IMG/VR virus record: IMGVR_UViG_3300036944_001184
Coordinates: 1-58,166 of that record
Length of the DNA stretch: 58,166 bases
Origin: a virus
Taxonomy: Duplodnaviria > Caudoviricetes
Reading direction: 5' to 3' (one strand)
The notes under the pieces were generated by a model. It was not told the origin of the DNA and searched no databases. It saw only the letters and a program-made list of their open reading frames with translations. Every line of letters begins with the position of its first letter. Position 1 is the stretch's first letter. Below are positions 46,498 to 54,909 of this stretch, in pieces. A program made the translations under genes and the position numbers.

Positions 46498-46962
46498 TCA
46501 GAGAGTCAGGGCGGCGATGATGGCTCGTTCAGATTCTTCCGTGAGCCCTGTGTAGCAGTCAGTTTGAACCAGCTTGTGCCTTAGGTGCGCCATGTCAGAC
46601 CCGTCGTCTACAATGCAGAACCTTTCCGGGGTGCCGTGCTCGTCCATCCATGCTTGGATCTCGTGACCCCGCTCCTTGGCGAGATACAGCCCATTCATCT
46701 TGCGGCGAACAAGATCAGGAGTGGAGTCAAGTATGGAGAGCCCTAGGATGTCAAAAGCCGCGAGGAGTTCTCTCATGGCAAATGGGTAGATCCGCCAAGT
46801 TGACGAAAGTACAATCCGGCAATCGGTTTGGTCCACAATGTTTACCAGCCGGGCGAGTAGGTCTTGCTCTAACCGCATGTGTGACTTGCCACAGCGGTTT
46901 AGAACGCCGTCCACGTCTAGGAATAGGACAGGGAATTTCACGAGCTTAGTAGGTCCAGCCAT
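46498..46962 (-). CDS. HAD-family phosphatase (RNA-repair-type HAD domain)
   Basis: LFLDVDGVLN, LSSTWR, RGHEIQAW, IVDD, GLT. Confidence 0.85.
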   Translation of the reverse strand: MAGPTKLVKFPVLFLDVDGVLNRCGKSHMRLEQDLLARLVNIVDQTDCRIVLSSTWRIYPFAMRELLAAFDILGLSILDSTPDLVRRKMNGLYLAKERGHEIQAWMDEHGTPERFCIVDDGSDMAHLRHKLVQTDCYTGLTEESERAIIAALTL

Positions 46963-47260
46963 TTTGAAGGATCTTTGCGAAGGAATCCAGACGGATGACC
47001 ACCACGGGAACCCGGCGATCCTCCATGAGGACTGCCGCATCTACGTGTTCGGTCAGCGCCGAGGTGATGATGGCGGGCAGCGCCTTGCGCGCCTTGACTT
47101 GGATGCGGCACCCGGCGGACTTCACGTCCACCTCTTCGTGCTCACCCATCGCCCTGCCGTTGGAGCCCCAAGCGCGCTTGGCGTCCAGTCCTTGGGATTC
47201 CAAGTACTTGACCAGCTTGACTTCAGCGCGATTGCCTTTTGCTTTTGAGGGGCTTGCCAT
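46946..47260 (-). CDS. Holliday junction resolvase (PD-(D/E)XK)
   Basis: SKAKGNRAEVKL...VDV...IQVK. Confidence 0.8.
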   Translation of the reverse strand: MASPSKAKGNRAEVKLVKYLESQGLDAKRAWGSNGRAMGEHEEVDVKSAGCRIQVKARKALPAIITSALTEHVDAAVLMEDRRVPVVVIRLDSFAKILQNGWTY

Positions 47261-47445
47261 TACGATTCAAGGGAGTTGTGTTCAAGATACTCAGCGAGAT
47301 CTGACAGGTTGTCGAAGTCGCACAGGGTCTCGAACATACCATCTTGCAGACGCCCCGAGCCATCGGAGTACATCTCTAGTGTGCAGCTAGCAAAGTGCTC
47401 GCCCTCGAAAGCTTTGAAAAGGTTTAATAGGTGCTCTGCTTCCAT
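47260..47445 (-). CDS. Small hypothetical protein
   Basis: 61-aa coupled ORF. Confidence 0.55.
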   Translation of the reverse strand: MEAEHLLNLFKAFEGEHFASCTLEMYSDGSGRLQDGMFETLCDFDNLSDLAEYLEHNSLES

Positions 47446-47447
47446 GG

Positions 47448-47558
47448 TCAGTAGTTGTGTACGTTGTCAGGACCCCCGAAGTTGTCGGAGTCATCGCCGG
47501 GATCGTATAGAGCGATTACCAACATCACAAGAAGAATCAGCGCAATTGCCTCACTCAT
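47448..47558 (-). CDS. Small membrane protein (36 aa)
   Basis: MSEAIALILLVMLVIALY..., hand-translated, fills the gap. Confidence 0.45.
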   Translation of the reverse strand: MSEAIALILLVMLVIALYDPGDDSDNFGGPDNVHNY

Positions 47559-47743
47559 TTTTCGTAGGTGGTGATCAGGCGTTCGAGTTCGGAGACCGTG
47601 TGCTCGTCGGCCATCGGGTTCTGCACAATCAGCTTCAGGCGTTCGATGATCGCCTTGCGCTTTTTGCGTTCGTCATTGACCATGTCCAGCAGCTTGTCGA
47701 ATCGCTGGGTCACGGCGGGTGGGTAGGAGTAGGTTGCGGTCAT
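47555..47743 (-). CDS. Small hypothetical protein
   Basis: 62-aa coupled ORF. Confidence 0.6.
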   Translation of the reverse strand: MTATYSYPPAVTQRFDKLLDMVNDERKKRKAIIERLKLIVQNPMADEHTVSELERLITTYEK

Positions 47744-47976
47744 GATTTCGAGAACCCCGATTCAGGGTCGGTTAGAACGTCTTCAAGTGATTCGTGCTTG
47801 AGGCCACGGATTGTTTCGCAGTACTGGCTTTCGGCGACTTGCTGGAGGAGTCCAGCGGAAACGTCGAACGGCGAGAAAGGTTTCGCCGCAGGCTCCTTCT
47901 TCCTGAAGATTGAATCGTAATTCGTGGCGAAGGCATTCCGATCCTTGACCCGGTTCCAGCTTCCTTTGTGACTCAT
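47740..47976 (-). CDS. Small hypothetical protein
   Basis: KGSWNR...FATNYDSIF motif. Confidence 0.6.
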   Translation of the reverse strand: MSHKGSWNRVKDRNAFATNYDSIFRKKEPAAKPFSPFDVSAGLLQQVAESQYCETIRGLKHESLEDVLTDPESGFSKS

Positions 47977-48218
47977 GCCCTCCTCCAGATTCCTACTTTG
48001 TTTTCCGTTTCATCCAAGCGCACCGAGAACTTGCGTCCGGTATCACTTCCAACTCGCGCGGCATGCCGCCGCAGCGTGGACACATGGGCTGGCCCGGCGA
48101 CTGGCATGACGACCGCTTGGCCGACTTCCAGTTTTCGAATGGCTGCGCCCAGTTCAGAGAAAGATCCTTTGCGGCGACCCGCTCGGGAAGGTGGTAGGGG
48201 TGTTGCTACGATTTGCAT
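47973..48218 (-). CDS. Small basic, probable DNA-binding protein
   Basis: LEVGQAV...RKFSVR...GIWRR; preceded by TTGACT-17-TATCTG. Confidence 0.6.
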   Translation of the reverse strand: MQIVATPLPPSRAGRRKGSFSELGAAIRKLEVGQAVVMPVAGPAHVSTLRRHAARVGSDTGRKFSVRLDETENKVGIWRRA

Positions 48219-48266
48219 TACGCCGCAACAGATACCCCACCCCGAACCCACAGTCAATGAAAATGT

Positions 48267-48821
48267 TCAGAAATTTTCGTCATCCTCTGGATCGACCACT
48301 TCCGCCTCCACAACCGCCCTTGCTGGCTGCGCTTGCAGAACCTTCAAGTCGATGCTGATTCGTCCTCCGACTCCAGCTCCTCCCTTCTTGCCGCTGATTC
48401 CAAGGCTATCCCGAACCATGCTGTCGAGTCTCTGAATATCGCTGACGTTCTTTGGGATGATGACTCCGCTGTTCAGGACTTGCTGAAGGATCTCGGTGCC
48501 CTTGGCTGCGATGAAGGCGTTGTACTGGTCAGCCGGGGTCGCCGCAGTCTGAACCGCGGTCGCCAGTGCGTGATCCCGTTTCTCGGACTCTTGGATCTTC
48601 ACCAGTGGAATCGACTCGTCAGTCTCGATCGGCAGGACGAACTGGGTGTCGTCCACCAGTTCCTCGGGCTTGTCCTTGCGGACTGCCTTGGCATCCCTCG
48701 CCCAGCGCGTGATGGTCTGGGTGGAAACGCCTACCGCCTTGGCGATGGATACGGTCTTGTGCCCGTCACGCCAGAGCTTGAGGGCTTTCTTCTTTACTGC
48801 GGTGGGGTGGGCGATGGTCAC
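48267..48821 (-). CDS. N-terminal HTH protein, candidate terminase small subunit
   Basis: KALKLWRDG...IAKAVGVSTQTITRW; close to but divergent from terL. Confidence 0.55.
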   Translation of the reverse strand: MTIAHPTAVKKKALKLWRDGHKTVSIAKAVGVSTQTITRWARDAKAVRKDKPEELVDDTQFVLPIETDESIPLVKIQESEKRDHALATAVQTAATPADQYNAFIAAKGTEILQQVLNSGVIIPKNVSDIQRLDSMVRDSLGISGKKGGAGVGGRISIDLKVLQAQPARAVVEAEVVDPEDDENF

Positions 48822-48994
48822 AGCGGTTCGTATCCGTTGAAAAGGTATTCGTGAAGCAGTTCCTGCTGGGGCGAATCATCAGTCAGTCGCAGGCGGCGGT
48901 TGAGCTTGTCGAGGATTTCCTCGATATCGGCGCGGGCTTCTTCGAGGTCGGACTGGTTCGCGATGAACCATGTTAGGAAGCGTTCTTCATTCAT
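48818..48994 (-). CDS. Small hypothetical protein (MNEERFLTW...)
   Basis: Coupled to the next gene. Confidence 0.55.
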   Translation of the reverse strand: MNEERFLTWFIANQSDLEEARADIEEILDKLNRRLRLTDDSPQQELLHEYLFNGYEPL

Positions 48995-49054
48995 ATAGTC
49001 TGGTATTGACAGCTCGAACCATGCACAATTCCCGGGTCCCTTGCAAGAAAAATT

Positions 49055-50809
49055 ATGACCCGCCTTCAACTTCAGGCCGATGGCAGCTGGGAAATCAGCG
49101 GATTGACCATCACGCCGTGCAATGTGCTGACCGCCTACCTCTACGCTTTCCGCCACCATGAACTACCCGGAGTCCGGGAGCACTGCTTCTGGGAGATTGC
49201 TGACATTCTCTGGAACAATGATCAGGAGAAGCCGCTTTGCGTCAAGCACAAGTGGGCGGAGCAGACGGTGCGCGCCTGCGTCCGTGAAAAGTACCTCGCC
49301 CTCGGCGGGTCCGCTGGCTCCGGCAAGTCCTACACCCTAGCCGCCTACGCGATTGTGGAGTGGCTCTGCGCCCCGTCCGAGACGCTGGTGCTGGTCACAT
49401 CCACCACGCTTCAGGCATCACGAACCCGTATCTGGGGCGCGATCATCAAGCTTCTCGATGCCGTTGACGGAATCCCGATCAAGGTCCGTGACTCGATCGG
49501 ATCAGCAGCCTACGTCACGCCTGACGGAACCATCCTTGAAACGGCTGGCATTCGCCTGATCGCCGCTGAGAAAAAGCAGACTCGCGATGCCGTGGGTAAG
49601 TTGATCGGGATGCACAACGAGCGCGTGGTTCTTATCGCCGACGAGCTATCGGAATTGTCCGAGGCGATCGTGCAGGCGGGGCTGTCAAATATGACGCAAA
49701 ACCCCTACTTCAGACTGCGCGCTGCGTCCAACCCGAACTCGCGTTTTGACGCCTTCGGAATCTGGTCTGAGCCTGCTGGTGGTTGGGATTCCGTCGATCC
49801 GCACACCGCGCTGAAATGGCGCACAAAGTACGGCGGATTATTCCTTCGTTTTGATGCAGAACAGTCGCCAAACTTGGACTTTGATGAGCCCCCTTACCCC
49901 TACCTCCCGACCCGCGAGGGCGTGGAGACCAGCAAGGAGCAGATGGGCGCAACCAGCCGAGGCTACATGCGAATGTATCGCGCCATCTTCTTCGACTCCG
50001 ACGAGGCAGAGGGCATTTACACAGAGGCGGAGCTGAACAGGTCCGGGGCGTGCACTTCGGAGCAGCTGACCGGCGTGGTGAAGATCGCTGCGCTCGACCC
50101 GTCCTTCACCAACGGCGGAGACGACACGGTCCTGATGTTCGGCGAGCTGGGTTACGACAACCTTGGGCAGTATGTCATGCAGTTCAAGGAATACGTGAAG
50201 CTCTTCGACGATGCCAACAACAAGGCGGTGCCGCGCACTTTCCAGATCGTGCAGCAGGTCAAGGCGCAGTGCGAGAAGCGCGGCATCTTGCCGGAGAACC
50301 TCGCCGTTGACGCCACCAGTGCAGGCAATCCGTTCTGCGACGTGTTGGCGACTGAGTGGTCCCCGCAGATCCTGCGGGTCAACTTCCAAGGAGCCGCGTC
50401 AGGCAAGCGGGTCTCGATGAACGATCGCCGCGAGGCGAAGGAGCTTTATGTGAACCGCGTCAGCGAGCTGTGGTTCGTAGGCAAGGAGCTGATCCGCTGC
50501 CGCCAGCTGCGGGGCATCCCGAACGAGATGGCGAAGGACATGTGCGCTCGGAACTACGAAACCGTGAAAGGCGGCGCGGGCTTGCGCATGAAGGTTGAGA
50601 GCAAGGCGGACTTCAAAAAGCGCATGACTCACTCGCCCGACTTGGCGGATGCGGGCTTCATCATGCTCGAATTGGCCCGCGAGAGGTACAGTTTTCTCGC
50701 CACCGAACCAATAAAAAACGACGACGGGCTGGCCCCGTTGAGGAGAAATTATACCTCCCGAAAATTAGATGCGATCAGTAATTCACCACATAGCATGCTG
50801 CTAGAATAA
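49055..50809 (+). CDS. terL: Terminase large subunit
   Basis: Walker A GSAGSGKS, Walker B LIADE, ASNP, nuclease ALDPS..GGDDT, SPDLAD. Confidence 0.9.
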   Translation: MTRLQLQADGSWEISGLTITPCNVLTAYLYAFRHHELPGVREHCFWEIADILWNNDQEKPLCVKHKWAEQTVRACVREKYLALGGSAGSGKSYTLAAYAIVEWLCAPSETLVLVTSTTLQASRTRIWGAIIKLLDAVDGIPIKVRDSIGSAAYVTPDGTILETAGIRLIAAEKKQTRDAVGKLIGMHNERVVLIADELSELSEAIVQAGLSNMTQNPYFRLRAASNPNSRFDAFGIWSEPAGGWDSVDPHTALKWRTKYGGLFLRFDAEQSPNLDFDEPPYPYLPTREGVETSKEQMGATSRGYMRMYRAIFFDSDEAEGIYTEAELNRSGACTSEQLTGVVKIAALDPSFTNGGDDTVLMFGELGYDNLGQYVMQFKEYVKLFDDANNKAVPRTFQIVQQVKAQCEKRGILPENLAVDATSAGNPFCDVLATEWSPQILRVNFQGAASGKRVSMNDRREAKELYVNRVSELWFVGKELIRCRQLRGIPNEMAKDMCARNYETVKGGAGLRMKVESKADFKKRMTHSPDLADAGFIMLELARERYSFLATEPIKNDDGLAPLRRNYTSRKLDAISNSPHSMLLE

Positions 50810-50964
50810 CGAACCACTTATCATGTATCATTTATCCCTAGTCACGAACAGGTGGATATTATCCACGTATTGTCGTCACCAACAGCTGTTTGAAGTGCTC
50901 GTGCGACTCAATTTCTGAAGCGTGAAAAGTGAATCGTGGTAAGGGATTCGTGGTAAGTGAGTCG

Positions 50965-51087
50965 GAAATTAGATTAGCTTCACTACACGCTCTCTCCTTA
51001 AAAGAATAAGAGACTACGCACATGTATGCAGGGGAACGTATTCTTTTTCCTTCCTCTATTGTAGTGACGCTAATGTAATGCTCAGTT
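50965..51087. repeat. ~120-bp element, copy 2, with ~20-bp terminal inverted repeats
   Basis: ATTAGATTAGCTTCACTACA...TGTAGTGACGCTAATGTAAT (18/20 complementary). Confidence 0.9.
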
Positions 51088-51163
51088 TTCTTTTAGGCTT
51101 CGGCGGAATGGGGTCGCAATTTTTATGTTGACCTCGCCGCGGTTTTCGTGCGATAGTCCCGCC

Positions 51164-51631
51164 ATGTCAGCGACACGCTCCAAGTTTCTCCCTTCGATCG
51201 GCGAAGACCTTCGCCTGTCCGACGTACTCGCGCCAACCGCATGCTTCCTCAGCTTCGCCTTCGGGTTTGCTGTGCGCTGCCTACTCGTGTTGACTCTGGT
51301 CGCGCTGCCTCTTTCCGCCGAGCCCGCCTCGAAAGTTTCCCCGAACAACACCTCCCACGCCTCTCCACGATGCGCACCAAGGGAGGTTCCTTTTCTCAGC
51401 AGACCTCCCGCGCCTCTGCCTGCAAGCGCACTTCGGGAGGTATTTCTACCCAAGTGCCCTGTTGTCGCCCCCGCCAAACCCCAAGGCCCGGTTGCGGAAC
51501 GCCCTCCCCGGGTTGACCGCAACTGGCCCGAGCGGCGAATGGCCTACTCGCCTGACCTCCGCGACCCGAACAAGTGGGTGCGCGAGCAGGAGAAGCAGGC
51601 ATGGCGATTCGTGGATTCCATTGGCAAATGA
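51164..51631 (+). CDS. Membrane-anchored Pro-rich hypothetical protein
   Basis: Hydrophobic N-terminal segments; TTGACC-18-GATAGT promoter 6 nt upstream of ATG. Confidence 0.5.
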   Translation: MSATRSKFLPSIGEDLRLSDVLAPTACFLSFAFGFAVRCLLVLTLVALPLSAEPASKVSPNNTSHASPRCAPREVPFLSRPPAPLPASALREVFLPKCPVVAPAKPQGPVAERPPRVDRNWPERRMAYSPDLRDPNKWVREQEKQAWRFVDSIGK

Positions 51632-51765
51632 TTTCGCGCCTGATGCAAACGGTGTGGGCTTGGGCCTCAAACAACGACCACCGCGACAGCCGGAGAGACG
51701 GCTTCAACTTTCTGACAGTAGCCAGAGCGGGACCGCAAGGCCGAACCAGTCTGGTTCTTCTTTCT

Positions 51766-51837
51766 GCCGAATCGTCCAACCCTAGGACCCCCGGACAGTA
51801 CCGGGGAAATGTGGGTCTGAAATCCCACTTCGGCTCC
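51766..51837 (+). ncRNA. Degenerate tRNA-like RNA
   Basis: Cloverleaf: GCCGAA/TTCGGC acceptor, GTCC/GGAC D-stem, CCCCGG/CCGGGG anticodon stem (loop ACAGTA), GTGGG/CCCAC T-stem with non-canonical loop; no CCA. Confidence 0.6.
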
Positions 51838-51948
51838 TGACTTTCAGCCAATGGCAAAAAGAGTTGCTGGGTAGCTCCCAGCTGATTTGGGTTACGGGCA
51901 GCGGTCCTCCCCCAAAAAGAACGACAAAAGGAGCGCACAAATTTCAAC

Positions 51949-52023
51949 TGCGGGGAGAGTGCTGGTTCTCCCGGGGTCTCATAAGCCGCCGTGACGCGAG
52001 TTCGATTCTCGCCCCCGTAACCA
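51949..52023 (+). tRNA. tRNA with CAT anticodon (Met/fMet or Ile2), atypical D arm
   Basis: TGCGGGG/CCCCGTA acceptor + A + CCA; loop CTCATAA; T arm GCGAG-TTCGATT-CTCGC. Confidence 0.8.
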
Positions 52024-52188
52024 ATTTCAAAGGTCCGCCTCTGGAGAATCCGGAGGAGCGCACGGGTCCTGAGGACGTGAAAAAGCAGCAAGAGCCCAGC
52101 CAAGTCTTTGGACTCAAACTGAGCAGGCTGGAGCCGCAAGCACGAAAGGCTTGCTCCGGACGCGGTAACCGGTTACAATTTCCTCACC

Positions 52189-52470
52189 ATGAGTAAAGAT
52201 CCCCGCCTTGAACGCGCTGGAGTTTCCGGCTTCAACAAGCCGAAGCGCACGCCAAGCCACCCGACCAAGTCGCATGTCGTGGTCGCCAAGGCCGGAGACG
52301 AGGTGAAGACGATTCGCTTTGGGCAGCAGGGTGTCTCCGGGTCCCCCAAGAAAGAGGGCGAATCCCGGGCTTACCGCAAGCGCCGCGAGTCTTTCCGAGC
52401 CCGCCACGCAAAGAACATCGCCAAAGGAAAGCTTAGCGCAGCGTGGTGGGCTGACAAAATTAAGTGGTAA
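52189..52470 (+). CDS. Small basic conserved phage protein
   Basis: KTIRFGQQG...RESFRARH...SAAWWADKIKW; TTGCTC-17-TACAAT promoter upstream. Confidence 0.75.
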   Translation: MSKDPRLERAGVSGFNKPKRTPSHPTKSHVVVAKAGDEVKTIRFGQQGVSGSPKKEGESRAYRKRRESFRARHAKNIAKGKLSAAWWADKIKW

Positions 52471-52497
52471 TTAATCATGTGACTTTAATTACTCCTA

Positions 52498-52806
52498 ATG
52501 CCCTACCTCGACCCAGAGAAACACCGCGAGTCCCGGCGCAATTCGGCGCGGCGGAACAAGGACTGGTTCTTCGAGTACAAGAATACCTTGTCCTGCACCG
52601 ACTGCGGTTTCTCGCACGGCGCGGCGATCCACTTTCACCACCTGCGTGATAAGGTTGCAACCATCGCCACCATGGTGAACAAGGGCGTCAAGCGCGAGGC
52701 GATCATGGCCGAGATCGAGAAGTGCATCCCCCTCTGCGCCAACTGCCACGCCCTTCGCCACTACAACGAGGATTACCACGCCGCTAGAAACGCCCAGTTC
52801 AACTAA
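52498..52806 (+). CDS. HNH endonuclease
   Basis: CTDCG...HFHH...EIEKCIPLCANCHALRH. Confidence 0.85.
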   Translation: MPYLDPEKHRESRRNSARRNKDWFFEYKNTLSCTDCGFSHGAAIHFHHLRDKVATIATMVNKGVKREAIMAEIEKCIPLCANCHALRHYNEDYHAARNAQFN

Positions 52807-52861
52807 GATTTAGATTGACTTGAGTATTGAATGAATCCCGAATCACGTATACTATTCCGGG

Positions 52862-54028
52862 ATGGCAGTTACCCGCTCCCTTTCTTCTCCTTCTCAGGTT
52901 CTCAAACGCGAGGCTCGCCGTGCTCAGCGGGCGGGATTTCGCGGGGTTGCAGAAAAACTCTACGGAGAAGGTGTCGCTACCTCTCTTGAGGAGAAAGAAG
53001 CCCGCGGCTCAAACATCCGCTCCTACGAGGAAGAAGTCGCCCGCGACCGGACCCAACAGCGGGCCGCAGACCTTTCCAATGCTCAGCGAGCCGCCCTGTT
53101 GCGCGGCGAAACTCCTGCAAGTGCCCCCGAGTCCACGCAGTCGCCTGCCCGCTCGACAAACGCTTCTCTGAACGAAGCGCGCCCGGGCGAAACCGCCACG
53201 CAGTTCTACGCGAGGCAGCGCGAATCCCGGATGGGTACTCCCAAGCCTGCCGCCCCCGCCGCTACAGCTTCGCAAACCACTCAACAGCCCGCCCCAGCTC
53301 CCAAGCCTGCTGCCCCGATCGACTACCTCGACACCAGTGGTTCGCCCATGGTCGAGCAGACTCGCGCGGAAAAGGACATGGTTCGCCGGGAGGCTCTACA
53401 GAGTGCCTACGACAGGCTCACCAATCCAACAGGCGCAGCGGGCAGCATGGCGGAAGTCAGCGCGCAGCAAGCCAAGGCGTCTGCCGCCCCCGCAGCCCCG
53501 ACTACTCCAGCTGGACCCACCATGTCTGAGCTTGTTTCCGGTTTGCGCGAGTCCTTTGATCGCCGGAACGCCATCAACAGCGAGGCCAGCAGAAAGGCGG
53601 ACATGGGACGGACAGAAAAAGAAATTAGTGACCCCCGCTCTGAAATGGGTCTTGACGATGTAAAAATAGCCCGCGTCGAAGAGGAAATAGCCCGCATCAA
53701 AGAGGAAATAGCCCGCAACGAAGGGGGAATAGCTCGCAGCAACGCAGAAATAGCTCGCAGCAACGCAGAAACAGCTCGTCTAGAATCCGAGATTTCTCCC
53801 GGAGCGGCTCGTTTTACGGGACGCCTGATTCGGGATGCAGCCACAGAAGTCGGCTCTGCGGCTATTCGCGGCCCCCAAGTCGCCTCTGAAGCAGTTAAGA
53901 GCACGGCCTCTGGAATGCTTGAAGCAAATAGGCGACTCTTGCGAGGAGCTAAAAAAACCGCTTCAGAGAGCGCAGCAGGCTTCCTCCGCAGCCGCCGCGA
54001 GTTTATCGAGGGACTCCAAGGCCAATAA
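52862..54028 (+). CDS. Internal virion protein (Ala/Arg-rich, contains heptad repeat)
   Basis: First of three helical genes preceding the giant protein; TTGAAT-17-TACTAT promoter 6 nt upstream. Confidence 0.6.
   Translation: MAVTRSLSSPSQVLKREARRAQRAGFRGVAEKLYGEGVATSLEEKEARGSNIRSYEEEVARDRTQQRAADLSNAQRAALLRGETPASAPESTQSPARSTNASLNEARPGETATQFYARQRESRMGTPKPAAPAATASQTTQQPAPAPKPAAPIDYLDTSGSPMVEQTRAEKDMVRREALQSAYDRLTNPTGAAGSMAEVSAQQAKASAAPAAPTTPAGPTMSELVSGLRESFDRRNAINSEASRKADMGRTEKEISDPRSEMGLDDVKIARVEEEIARIKEEIARNEGGIARSNAEIARSNAETARLESEISPGAARFTGRLIRDAATEVGSAAIRGPQVASEAVKSTASGMLEANRRLLRGAKKTASESAAGFLRSRREFIEGLQGQ
53663..53788 (+). repeat. 21-bp tandem repeat (6 units) encoding EIARxxx heptads
   Basis: GAAATAGC(C/T)CGC... 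period 21. Confidence 0.8.
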
Positions 54029-54031
54029 GTT

Positions 54032-54877
54032 ATGCCAGTTTCAGACACCGCAGCCTTTACTTCAAATCTGTTTGGGTCCATCCGATCCAACCCAGCCCTG
54101 TCGCCGCGAGCACGAACCGCACTCACGTCGAGCATCCTCGATCAGCAGGAGAAGATCCAAGACGAAGCCCTCAAGCGCAGGCAGCAAGCCCAGCAGATTG
54201 AATTGGGCAACATCCGTCTGGAGGGTGATCGCCTTGCCTTGGAAGAAGCCCGCCAAGCCGCGCAGGTCAAGCGGGATGCCATCGCCCAAGCGCCTGTCGC
54301 CATGCAGACCTTCGAGAGCATCCTTGACGATCCGGCACTCGACCCCAAGACCAAGCGCGCCCGCATTAACCGCGCCGCGATGGGCTTCGCCAGTTCGCTG
54401 ACCTATTCGCCAGAGCTTCAGGCGAAGTATCGTTTTGCTGCGCAGGCGGCAGAGCCTGAAATTTCTGACGGCGAAACACTGACCCCGTATCAGATCACGT
54501 CGCTCAGGAATCAGGATCTCGATAGGCAAGAGAAGGCGCAGGAGAAAGCCGAGAAGCTTTCCAAAGAGCAGAAGGAGGAGCAAGAGAAAGCCAAGAAGGC
54601 GGAGCTTGAGTTCCTCGACCGCATCAAGGACATCCAGATCGGACCTGAGTACGACCCCAACCAGCAGGTGCCAAAATTCAAGACCCTCAACGACAAGGAG
54701 CTTGTATTGGACATCATTGATCGCTACGATCCCGCAACTTCTGATGCCTACCGGGATAAGTCCGACAGCGAGATTTATTCCGCTGCCGCCCAGATCCGAC
54801 GCAAGGCTTTCCGACAGACCGTTTCTCCAGCCGCTGCGGCGGCACCCAAAGTTGATGACCGATCCCGGTTTCGCTAA
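54032..54877 (+). CDS. Internal virion protein (coiled-coil)
   Basis: 281 aa, Q/E/K/A-rich. Confidence 0.6.
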   Translation: MPVSDTAAFTSNLFGSIRSNPALSPRARTALTSSILDQQEKIQDEALKRRQQAQQIELGNIRLEGDRLALEEARQAAQVKRDAIAQAPVAMQTFESILDDPALDPKTKRARINRAAMGFASSLTYSPELQAKYRFAAQAAEPEISDGETLTPYQITSLRNQDLDRQEKAQEKAEKLSKEQKEEQEKAKKAELEFLDRIKDIQIGPEYDPNQQVPKFKTLNDKELVLDIIDRYDPATSDAYRDKSDSEIYSAAAQIRRKAFRQTVSPAAAAAPKVDDRSRFR

Positions 54878-54909
54878 GACGAAACCCTAACCACCCAAGC
54901 TGCACCCCG

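Noticed and set aside
17062-51069. The ~100-bp repeat pair as a DGR template/variable repeat
   Set aside because: Both copies are intergenic, differences are not confined to adenines, and no reverse transcriptase is present
52066-52082. CTGAGGA-CGT-GAAA resembling a hammerhead ribozyme core
   Set aside because: No stem II and no stem III/NUH cleavage site could be formed
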